Shown: in pieces, positions 5,043 to 16,432 of the stretch
Position numbering within the stretch: the first letter of the stretch is position 1
How the letters are laid out: each line of letters opens with the position of its first letter
Assembly: GCA_043228905.1 (NCBI GenBank)
Contig: JBHGNT010000749.1
Span: forward strand, 1-16,432
Reading direction: 5' to 3'
DNA length: 16,432 nucleotides
From: Azolla caroliniana
Lineage: Eukaryota > Plantae > Polypodiophyta
Translations under genes and position numbers: made by a program
The notes under the pieces: generated by a model
The model's input: only the letters and a program-made list of their open reading frames with translations
Database searches by the model: none
Told to the model about the DNA's origin: nothing

Positions 5043-7864
5043 AACACAGAAATCTGATATTACACGAGCCAGGTATGACCATTTTAATTTACTCACTGGC
5101 TCTTCTCAACTCCCTCCTCAAATATGCTAATTTCCTCATGTCTCTCGACCTGAGTTTCAAAATCTCGATTTTTTAATTCTATATCATAGCTAGCCTTGTT
5201 AGTTTCGATTCGCATGTTTGAACACAGAAATCCGATATCACACGAGCCAGGTATGACCATTTTAATTTACTCACTCGCTCTTCTCAACTCCCTCCTCAAA
5301 TATGCTAATTTCTTCATGTCTCTCGACCTGAGTTTCAAAATCTCGATTTTTTAATTCTATATCATAGCTAGCCTTGTTAGCTTCGATTCGCATGTTTGAA
5401 CACAGAAATCCGATATCACACGAGCCAGGTATGACCATTTTAATTTACTCAATCGCTCTTCTCAACTCCCTCCTCCAACATGCTAATTTCCTCATGTCTT
5501 TCGACGTCAGTTTCAAAATCTTGATTTTTTAATTCTATATCATAGCTAGCGTTCTTAGTTTCGATTCGCATGTTTGAACACAGAAATCCGATATCACACG
5601 AGCCAGGTATGACCATTTTAATTTACTCACTCGCTCTTCTCAACTCCCTCCTCCAGCATGCTAATTTCCTCATGTCTTTCGACGTCAGTTTCGAAATCAC
5701 GATTTTTTAAGTCTATATCATAGCTAGCCTTGTTAGTTTCGATTCGCATGTTTGAACACAGAAATCCGATATCACACGAGCCCGGTATGACCATTTTAAT
5801 TTACTCACACGCTCTTCTCAACTCCCTCCTCAAATATGCTAATTTCTTCATGTCTCTCGACCTGAGTTTCAAAATCTCGATTTTTTAATTCTATATCATA
5901 GCTAGCCTTGTTAGCTTCGATTTGCATGTTTGAACACAGAAATCCGATATCACACGAGCCAGGTATGACCATTTTAATTTACTCACTGGCTCTTCTGAAC
6001 TCCCTCCTCAAATATGCTAATTTCCTCATGTCTCTCGACCTGAGTTTCAAAATCTCGATTTTTTAATTCTATATCATAGCTAGCCTTGTTAGCTTCGATT
6101 CGCATGTTTGAACACAGAAATCCGATATCACACGAGCCAGGTATGACCATTTTAATTTACACAAATATGCTAATTTCCTCATGTCTCTCGACCTGAGTTT
6201 CAAAATCTCGATTTTTTAATTCTATATCATAGCTAGCCTTGTTAGTTTCGATTCGCAAGTTTGAACACAGAAATCTGATATCACACGAGCCAGGTATGAC
6301 CATTTTAATTTACTCACTCGCTCTTCTCAACTCCCTCCTCAAATATGCTAATTTCTTCATGTCTCTCGACTTGAGTTTCAAAATCTCGATTTTTTAATTC
6401 TATATCATAGCTAGCCTTGTTAGCTTCGATTCGCATGTTTGAACACAGAAATCCGATATCACACGAGCCAGGTATGACCATTTTAATTTACTCACTCGCT
6501 CTTCTCAACTCCCTCTTCCAACATGCTAATTTCTTCATGTCTTTCGACGTTAGTTTCAAAATCTTGATTTTTTAATTCTATATCATAGCTAGCGTTCTTA
6601 GTTTCGATTCGCATGTTTGAACACAGAAATCCGATATCACACGAGCCAGGTATGACCATTTTAATTTACTCACTGGCTCTTCTCAACTCCCTCCTCAAAT
6701 ATGCTAATTTCTTCATGTCTCTCGACCTGAGTTTCAAAATCTCGGTTTTTTAATTCTATATCATAGCTAGCCTTGTTAGCTTCGATTCGCATGTTTAAAC
6801 ACAGAAATCTGATATTACACGAGCCAGGTATGACCATTTTAATTTACTCACTCGCTCTTCTCAACTCCCTCCTCCAGCATGCTAATTTCCTCATGTCTTT
6901 CGACGTCAGTTTCGAAATCACGATTTTTTAAGTCTATATCATAGCTAGCCTTGTTAGTTTCGATTCGCATGTTTGAACACAGAAATCCGATATCACACGA
7001 GCCAGGTATGACCATTTTAATTTACTTACACGCTCTTCTCAACTCCCTCATCAAATATGCTAATTTCCTCATGTCTCTCACCTGAGTTTCAAAATCTCGA
7101 TTTTTTAATTCTATATCATAGGTAGCCTTGTTAGCTTCGATTCGCATGTTTGAACACAGAAATCCGATATCACACGAGCCAGGTATGACCATTTTAATTT
7201 ACTCACTCGCTCTTCTCAACTCCCTCCTCAAATATGCTAATTTCTTCATGTCTCTCGACCTTAGTTTCAAAATCTCGATTTTTTAATTCTATATCATAGC
7301 TAGCCTTGTTAGCTTCGATTTGCATGTTTGAACACAGAAATCCGATATCACACGAGCCAGGTATGACCATTTTAATTTACTCACTCGCTCTTCTCAACTC
7401 CCTCCTCAAATATGCTAATTTCCTCATGTCTCTCGACCTGAGTTTCAAAATCACGATTTTTTAATTCTATATCATAGCTAGCCTTGTTAGTTTCGATTCG
7501 CATGTTTGAACACAGAAATCCGATATCACACGAGCCAGGTATGACCATTTTAATTTACTCACACGCTCTTCTCAACTCCCTCCTCAAATATGCTAATTTC
7601 TTCATGTCTCTCGACCTGAGTTTCAAAATCTTGATTTTTTAATTCTATATCATAGCTAGCCTTGTTAGCTTCGATTCGCATGTTTGAACACAGAAATCCG
7701 ATATCACACGAGCCAGGTATGACCATTTTAATTTACTCACACGCTCTTCTCAACTCCCTCCTCAAATATGCTAATTTCTTCATGTCTCTTGACCTGAGTT
7801 TCAAAATCTCGATTTTTTAATTCTATATCATAACTAGCCTTGTTAGCTTCGATTTGCATGTTTA
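5043..7864. repeat. 16-monomer higher-order repeat, copy 1 (2822 bp)
   Basis: Sixteen distinguishable monomer types A-P, including a 153-bp monomer (6111-6263) and a 177-bp monomer (6976-7152); 16x178-26=2822. Confidence 0.88.
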
Positions 7865-9797
7865 AACACAGAAATCTGATATTACACGAGCCAGGTATGA
7901 CCATTTTAATTTACTCACTGGCTCTTCTCAACTCCCTCCTCAAATATGCTAATTTCCTCATGTCTCTCGACCTGAGTTTCAAAATCTCGATTTTTTAATT
8001 TTATATCATAGCTAGCCTTGTTAGTTTCGATTCGCATGTTTGAACACAGAAATCCGATATCACACGAGCCAGGTATGACCATTTTAATTTACTCACACGC
8101 TCTTCTCAACTCCCTCCTCAAATATGCTAATTTCTTCATGTCTCTCGACCTGAGTTTCAAAATCTTGATTTTTTAATTCTATATCATAGCTAGCCTTGTT
8201 AGCTTCGATTCGCATGTTTGAACACAGAAATCCGATATCACACGAGCCAGGTATGACCATTTTAATTTACTCACACGCTCTTCTCAACTCCCTCCTCAAA
8301 TATGCTAATTTCTTCATGTCTCTTGACCTGAGTTTCAAAATCTCGATTTTTTAATTCTATATCATAGCTAGCCTTGTTAGCTTCGATTTGCATGTTTAAA
8401 CACAGAAATCTGATATTACACGAGCCAGGTATGACCATTTTAATTTACTCACTGGCTCTTCTCAACTCCCTCCTCAAATATGCTAATTTCCTCATGTCTC
8501 TCGACCTGAGTTTCAAAATCTCGATTTTTTAATTCTATATCATAGCTAGCCTTGTTAGTTTCGATTCGCATGTTTGAACACAGAAATCCGATATCACACG
8601 AGCCAGGTATGACCATTTTAATTTACTCACTCGCTCTTCTCAACTCCCTCCTCAAATATGCTAATTTCTTCATGTCTCTCGACCTGAGTTTCAAAATCTC
8701 GATTTTTTAATTCTATATCATAGCTAGCCTTGTTAGCTTCGATTCGCATGTTTGAACACAGAAATCCGATATCACACGAGCCAGGTATGACCATTTTAAT
8801 TTACTCAATCGCTCTTCTCAACTCCCTCCTCCAACATGCTAATTTCCTCATGTCTTTCGACGTCAGTTTCAAAATCTCGATTTTTTAATTCTATATCATA
8901 GCTAGCGTTCTTAGTTTCGATTCGCATGTTTGAACACAGAAATCCGATATCACACGAGCCAGGTATGACCATTTTAATTTACTCACTCGCTCTTCTCAAC
9001 TCCCTCCTCCAGCATGCTAATTTCCTCATGTCTTTCGACGTCAGTTTCGAAATCACGATTTTTTAAGTCTATATCATAGCTAGCCTTGTTAGTTTCGATT
9101 CGCATGTTTGAACACAGAAATCCGATATCACACGAGCCCGGTATGACCATTTTAATTTACTCACACGCTCTTCTCAACTCCCTCCTCAAATATGCTAATT
9201 TCTTCATGTCTCTCGACCTGAGTTTCAAAATCTCGATTTTTTAATTCTATATCATAGCTAGCCTTGTTAGCTTCGATTTGCATGTTTGAACACAGAAATC
9301 CGATATCACACGAGCCAGGTATGACCATTTTAATTTACTCACTGGCTCTTCTGAACTCCCTCCTCAAATATGCTAATTTCCTCATGTCTCTCGACCTGAG
9401 TTTCAAAATCTCGATTTTTTAATTCTATATCATAGCTAGCCTTGTTAGCTTCGATTCGCATGTTTGAACACAGAAATCCGATATCACACGAGCCAGGTAT
9501 GACCATTTTAATTTACACAAATATGCTAATTTCCTCATGTCTCTCGACCTGAGTTTCAAAATCTCGATTTTATAATTCTATATCATAGCTAGCCTTGTTA
9601 GTTTCGATTCGCAAGTTTGAACACAGAAATCTGATATCACACGAGCCAGGTATGACCATTTTAATTTACTCACTCGCTCTTCTCAACTCCCTCCTCAAAT
9701 ATGCTAATTTCTTCATGTCTCTTGACCTGAGTTTCAAAATCTCGATTTTTTAATTCTATATCATAGCTAGCCTTGTTAGCTTCGATTTGCATGTTTA

Positions 9798-12619
9798 AAC
9801 ACAGAAATCTGATATTACACGAGCCAGGTATGACCATTTTAATTTACTCACTGGCTCTTCTCAACTCCCTCCTCAAATATGCTAATTTCCTCATGTCTCT
9901 CGACCTGAGTTTCAAAATCTCGATTTTTTAATTCTATATCATAGCTAGCCTTGTTAGTTTCGATTCGCATGTTTGAACACAGAAATCCGATATCACACGA
10001 GCCAGGTATGACCATTTTAATTTACTCACACGCTCTTCTCAACTCCCTCCTCAAATATGCTAATTTCTTCATGTCTCTCGACCTGAGTTTCAAAATCTCG
10101 ATTTTTTAATTCTATATCATAGCTAGCCTTGTTAGCTTCGATTCGCATGTTTGAACACAGAAATCCGATATCACACGAGCCAGGTATGACCATTTTAATT
10201 TACTCAATCGCTCTTCTCAACTCCCTCCTCCAACATGCTAATTTCCTCATGTCTTTCGACGTCAGTTTCAAAATCTTGATTTTTTAATTCTATATCATAG
10301 CTAGCGTTCTTAGTTTCGATTCGCATGTTTGAACACAGAAATCCGATATCACACGAGCCAGGTATGACCATTTTAATTTACTTACTCGCTCTTCTCAACT
10401 CCCTCCTCCAGCATGCTAATTTCCTCATGTCTTTCGACGTCAGTTTCGAAATCACGATTTTTTAAGTCTATATCATAGCTAGCCTTGTTAGTTTCGATTC
10501 GCATGTTTGAACACAGAAATCCGATATCACACGAGCCCGGTATGACCATTTTAATTTACTCACACGCTCTTCTCAACTCCCTCCTCAAATATGCTAATTT
10601 CTTCATGTCTCTCGACCTGAGTTTCAAAATCTCGATTTTTTAATTCTATATCATAGCTAGCCTTGTTAGCTTCGATTTGCATGTTTGAACACAGAAATCC
10701 GATATCACACGAGCCAGGTATGACCATTTTAATTTACTCACTGGCTCTTCTGAACTCCCTCCTCAAATATGCTAATTTCCTCATGTCTCTCGACCTGAGT
10801 TTCAAAATCTCGATTTTTTAATTCTATATCATAGCTAGCCTTGTTAGCTTCGATTCGCATGTTTGAACACAGAAATCCGATATCACACGAGCCAGGTATG
10901 ACCATTTTAATTTACACAAATATGCTAATTTCCTCATGTCTCTCGACCTGAGTTTCAAAATCTCGATTTTTTAATTCTATATCATAGCTAGCCTTGTTAG
11001 TTTCGATTCGCAAGTTTGAACACAGAAATCTGATATCACACGAGCCAGGTATGACCATTTTAATTTACTCACTCGCTCTTCTCAACTCCCTCCTCAAATA
11101 TGCTAATTTCTTCATGTCTCTCGACTTGAGTTTCAAAATCTCGATTTTTTAATTCTATATCATAGCTAGCCTTGTTAGCTTCGATTCGCATGTTTGAACA
11201 CAGAAATCCGATATCACACGAGCCAGGTATGACCATTTTAATTTACTCACTCGCTCTTCTCAACTCCCTCTTCCAACATTCTAATTTCCTCATGTCTTTC
11301 GACGTTAGTTTCAAAATCTTGATTTTTTAATTCTATATCATAGCTAGCGTTCTTAGTTTCGATTCGCATGTTTGAACACAGAAATCCGATATCACACGAG
11401 CCAGGTATGACCATTTTAATTTACTCACTGGCTCTTCTCAACTCCCTCCTCAAATATGCTAATTTCTTCATGTCTCTCGACCTGAGTTTCAAAATCTCGG
11501 TTTTTTAATTCTATATCATAGCTAGCCTTGTTAGCTTCGATTCGCATGTTTAAACACAGAAATCTGATATTACACGAGCCAGGTATGACCATTTTAATTT
11601 ACTCAGTCGCTCTTCTCAACTCCCTCCTCCAGCATGCTAATTTCCTCATGTCTTTCGACGTCAGTTTCGAAATCACGATTTTTTAAGTCTATATCATAGC
11701 TAGCCTTGTTAGTTTCGATTCGCATGTTTGAACACAGAAATCCGATATCACACGAGCCAGGTATGACCATTTTAATTTACTTACACGCTCTTCTCAACTC
11801 CCTCATCAAATATGCTAATTTCCTCATGTCTCTCACCTGAGTTTCAAAATCTCGATTTTTTAATTCTATATCATAGCTAGCCTTGTTAGCTTCGATTCGC
11901 ATGTTTGAACACAGAAATCCGATATCACACGAGCCAGGTATGACCATTTTAATTTACTCACTCGCTCTTCTCAACTCCCTCCTCAAATATGCTAATTTCT
12001 TCATGTCTCTCGACCTGAGTTTCAAAATCTCGATTTTTTAATTCTATATCATAGCTAGCCTTGTTAGCTTCGATTTGCATGTTTGAACACAGAAATCCGA
12101 TATCACACGAGCCAGGTATGACCATTTTAATTTACTCACTCGCTCTTCTCAACTCCCTCCTCAAATATGCTAATTTCCTCATGTCTCTCGACCTGAGTTT
12201 CAAAATCACGATTTTTTAATTCTATATCATAGCTAGCCTTGTTAGTTTCGATTCGCATGTTTGAACACAGAAATCCGATATCACACGAGCCAGGTATGAC
12301 CATTTTAATTTACTCACACGCTCTTCTCAACTCCCTCCTCAAATAAGCTAATTTCTTCATGTCTCTCGACCTGAGTTTCAAAATCTTGATTTTTTAATTC
12401 TATATCATAGCTAGCCTTGTTAGCTTCGATTCGCATGTTTGAACACAGAAATCCGATATCACACGAGCCAGGTATGACCATTTTAATTTACTCACACGCT
12501 CTTCTCAACTCCCTCCTCAAATATGCTAATTTCTTCATGTCTCTTGACCTGAGTTTCAAAATCTCGATTTTTTAATTCTATATCATAGCTAGCCTTGTTA
12601 GCTTCGATTTGCATGTTTA
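9798..12619. repeat. 16-monomer higher-order repeat, copy 2 (2822 bp)
   Basis: Same A-P order, with the 153-bp monomer at 10866-11018 and the 177-bp monomer at 11731-11907. Confidence 0.88.
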
Positions 12620-15600
12620 AACATAGAAATCTGATATTACACGAGCCAGGTATGACCATTTTAATTTACTCACTGGCTCTTCTCAACTCCCTCCTCAAAT
12701 ATGCTAATTTCCTCATGTCTCTCGACCTGAGTTTCAAAATCTCGATTTTTTAATTCTATATCATAGCTAGCCTTGTTAGTTTCGATTCGCATGTTTGAAC
12801 ACAGAAATCCGATATCACACGAGCCAGGTATGACCATTTTAATTTACTCACACGCTCTTCTCAACTCCCTCCTCAAATATGCTAATTTCTTCATGTCTCT
12901 CGACCTGAGTTTCAAAATCTCGATTTTTTAATTCTATATCATAGCTAGCCTTGTTAGCTTCGATTCGCATGTTTGAACACAGAAATCCGATATCACACGA
13001 GCCAGGTATGACCATTTTAATTTACTCACTCGCTCTTCTCAACTCCCTCTTCCAACATGCTAATTTCCTCATGTCTTTCGACGTTAGTTTCAAAATCTTG
13101 ATTTTTTAATTCTATATCATAGCTAGCGTTCTTAGTTTCGATTCGCATGTTTGAACACAGAAATCCGATATCACACGAGCCAGGTATGACCATTTTAATT
13201 TACTCACTGGCTCTTCTCAACTCCCTCCTCAAATATGCTAATTTCTTCATGTCTCTCGACCTGAGTTTCAAAATCTCGGTTTTTTAATTCTATATCATAG
13301 CTAGCCTTGTTAGCTTCGATTCGCCTGTTTAAACACAGAAATCTGATATTACACGAGCCAGGTATGACCATTTTAATTTACTCAGTCGCTCTTCTCAACT
13401 CCCTCCTCCAGCATGCTAATTTCCTCATGTCTTTCGACGTCAGTTTCGAAATCACGATTTTTTAAGTCTATATCATAGCTAGCCTTGTTAGTTTCGATTC
13501 GCATGTTTGAACACAGAAATCCGATATCACACGAGCCAGGTATGACCATTTTAATTTACTTACACGCTCTTCTCAACTCCCTCATCAAATATGCTAATTT
13601 CCTCATGTCTCTCACCTGAGTTTCAAAATCTCGATTTTTTAATTCTATATCATAGCTAGCCTTGTTAGCTTCGATTCGCATGTTTGAACACAGAAATCCG
13701 ATATCACACGAGCCAGGTATGACCATTTTAATTTACTCACTCGCTCTTCTCAACTCCCTCCTCAAATATGCTAATTTCTTCATGTCTCTCGACCTGAGTT
13801 TCAAAATCTCGATTTTTTAATTCTATATCATAGCTAGCCTTGTTAGCTTCGATTTGCATGTTTGAACACAGAAATCCGATATCACACGAGCCAGGTATGA
13901 CCATTTTAATTTACTCACTCGCTCTTCTCAACTCCCTCCTCAAATATGCTAATTTCCTCATGTCTCTCGACCTGAGTTTCAAAATCACGATTTTTTAATT
14001 CTATATCATAGCTAGCCTTGTTAGTTTCGATTCGCATGTTTGAACACAGAAATCCGATATCACACGAGCCAGGTATGACCATTTTAATTTACTCACACGC
14101 TCTTCTCAACTCCCTCCTCAAATATGCTAATTTCTTCATGTCTCTCGACCTGAGTTTCAAAATCTTGATTTTTTAATTCTATATCATAGCTAGCCTTGTT
14201 AGCTTCGATTCGCATGTTTGAACACAGAAATCCGATATCACACGAGCCAGGTATGACCATTTTAATTTACTCACACGCTCTTCTCAACTCCCTCCTCAAA
14301 TATGCTAATTTCTTCATGTCTCTTGACCTGAGTTTCAAAATCTCGATTTTTTAATTCTATATCATAGCTAGCCTTGTTAGCTTCGATTTGCATGTTTAAA
14401 CACAGAAATCTGATATTACACGAGCCAGGTATGACCATTTTAATTTACTCACTGGCTCTTCTCAACTCCCTCCTCAAATATGCTAATTTCCTCATGTCTC
14501 TCGACCTGAGTTTCAAAATCTCGATTTTTTAATTCTATATCATAGCTAGCCTTGTTAGTTTCGATTCGCATGTTTGAACACAGAAATCCGATATCACACG
14601 AGCCAGGTATGACCATTTTAATTTACTCACTCGCTCTTCTCAACTCCCTCCTCAAATATGCTAATTTCTTCATGTCTCTCGACCTGAGTTTCAAAATCTC
14701 GATTTTTTAATTCTATATCATAGCTAGCCTTGTTAGCTTCGATTCGCATGTTTGAACACAGAAATCCGATATCACACGAGCCAGGTATGACCATTTTAAT
14801 TTACTCAATCGCTCTTCTCAACTCCCTCCTCCAACATGCTAATTTCCTCATGTCTTTCGACGTCAGTTTCAAAATCTTGATTTTTTAATTCTATATCATA
14901 GCTAGCGTTCTTAGTTTCGATTCGCATGTTTGAACACAGAAATCCGATATCACACGAGCCAGGTATGACCATTTTAATTTACTCAGTCGCTCTTCTCAAC
15001 TCCCTCCTCCAGCATGCTAATTTCCTCATGTCTTTCGACGTCAGTTTCGAAATCACGATTTTTTAAGTCTATATCATAGCTAGGCTTGTTAGTTTCGATT
15101 CGCATGTTTGAACACAGAAATCCGATATCACACGAGCCCGGTATGACCATTTTAATTTACTCACACGCTCTTCTCAACTCCCTCCTCAAATATGCTAATT
15201 TCTTCATGTCTCTCGACCTGAGTTTCAAAATCTCGATTTTTTAATTCTATATCATAGCTAGCCTTGTTAGCTTCGATTTGCATGTTTGAACACAGAAATC
15301 CGATATCACACGAGCCAGGTATGACCATTTTAATTTACTCACTCGCTCTTCTCAACTCCCTCCTCAAATATGCTAATTTCCTCATGTCTCTCGACCTGAG
15401 TTTCAAAATCTCGATTTTTTAATTCTATATCATAGCTAGCCTTGTTAGTTTCGATTCGCATGTTTGAACACAGAAATCCGATATCACACGAGCCAGGTAT
15501 GACCATTTTAATTTACTCACTCGCTCTTCTCAACTCCCTCCTCAAATATGCTAATTTCTTCATGTCTCTCGACCTGAGTTTCAAAATCTCGATTTTTTAA

Positions 15601-16432
15601 TTCTATATCATAGCTAGCCTTGTTAGCTTCGATTCGCATGTTTGAACACAGAAATCCGATATCACACGAGCCAGGTATGACCATTTTAATTTACTCACAC
15701 GCTCTTCTCAACTCCCTCCTCAAATATGCTAATTTCTTCATGTCTCTTGACCTGAGTTTCAAAATCTCGATTTTTTAATTCTATATCATAGCTAGCCTTG
15801 TTAGCTTCGATTTGCATGTTTGAACACAGAAATCCGATATCACACGAGCCAGGTATGACCATTTTAATTTACTCACTGGCTCTTCTCAACTCCCTCCTCA
15901 AATATGCTAATTTCCTCATGTCTCTCGACCTGAGTTTCAAAATCTCGATTTTTTAATTCTATATCATAGCTAGCCTTGTTAGTTTCGATTCGCATGTTTG
16001 AACACAGAAATCCGATATCACACGATCCAGGTATGACCATTTTAATTTACTCACTCGCTCTTCTCAACTCCCTCCTCAAATATGCTAATTTCCTCATGTC
16101 TCTCGACCTGAGTTTCAAAATCACGATTTTTTAATTCTATATCATAGCTAGCCTTGTTAGTCTCGATTCGGATGTTTGAACACAGAAATCCGATATCACA
16201 CGAGCCAGGTATGACCATTTTAATTTACTCAGTCGCTCTTCTCAACTCCCTCCTCCAGCATGCTAATTTCCTCATGTCTTTCGACGTCAGTTTCGAAATC
16301 ACGATTTTTTAAGTCTATATCATAGCTAGCCTTGTTAGTTTCGATTCGCATGTTTGAACACAGAAATCCGATATCACACGAGCCAGGTATGACCATTTTA
16401 ATGTACTCACACGCTCTTCTCAACTCCCTCCT

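Larger units (their letters stand above)
5042..16432. repeat. 178-bp tandem satellite array (64 monomers plus a partial one), probably centromeric or pericentromeric
   Basis: AACACAGAAA recurs at 5043, 5221, 5399, 5577 and onward (period 178). Representative monomer: AACACAGAAATCCGATATCACACGAGCCAGGTATGACCATTTTAATTTACTCACTCGCTCTTCTCAACTCCCTCCTCAAATATGCTAATTTCTTCATGTCTCTCGACCTGAGTTTCAAAATCTCGATTTTTTAATTCTATATCATAGCTAGCCTTGTTAGCTTCGATTCGCATGTTTG. The centromeric role is inferred only from nucleosome-sized monomers, homogeneity and HORs. Confidence 0.98.

Noticed and set aside
5037-5047. Target-site duplication
   Set aside because: This end is not the original terminus and the other end is outside the window, so a TSD cannot be evaluated.
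4808-5400. Satellite derived from this element's LTR
   Set aside because: No extended similarity is visible between the monomer and the LTR or ORF. Only very short AT-rich matches such as CAAATATG and ACAGAAA occur.
16229-16423. 64-aa minus-strand ORF
   Set aside because: It is a chance open frame across satellite monomers.
5042-16432. Identification as Arabidopsis thaliana CEN178, or as a 5S rDNA or telomeric array
   Set aside because: The monomer length matches CEN178 but the sequence does not resemble it as I recall it. No 5S coding sequence or TTTAGGG repeats are seen. The family and species are left unnamed pending a BLAST search.

Overview
Plant nuclear (peri)centromere-like DNA in two parts. 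Bases 1-5041 hold a young, very compact Ty1/copia LTR retrotransposon on the minus strand. It resembles the Tnt1/Tto1 (Tork) lineage and has one uninterrupted gag-PR-IN-RT-RH ORF (likely ATG 4492, stop 419, 1357 aa), a tRNA-iMet PBS, a PPT abutting the stop codon, and LTRs differing at 2 of 234 comparable bases. The 3' LTR runs off the left edge of the window. The 5' LTR has lost its outer 174 bp, including the TG end and most of a 28-bp U3 repeat array, and is fused directly to satellite DNA. Bases 5042-16432 are a homogeneous 178-bp tandem satellite (64 monomers plus a partial one). Typing the monomers by hand shows a 16-monomer, 2822-bp higher-order repeat, with 3-, 8- and 10-mer recombinant derivatives and a less ordered right end. 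The best candidate for something new is a Tork-type copia element in a centromere-like 178-bp array, apparently being eroded while possibly still able to mobilise. Host species, centromere function and targeting cannot be established from this window.
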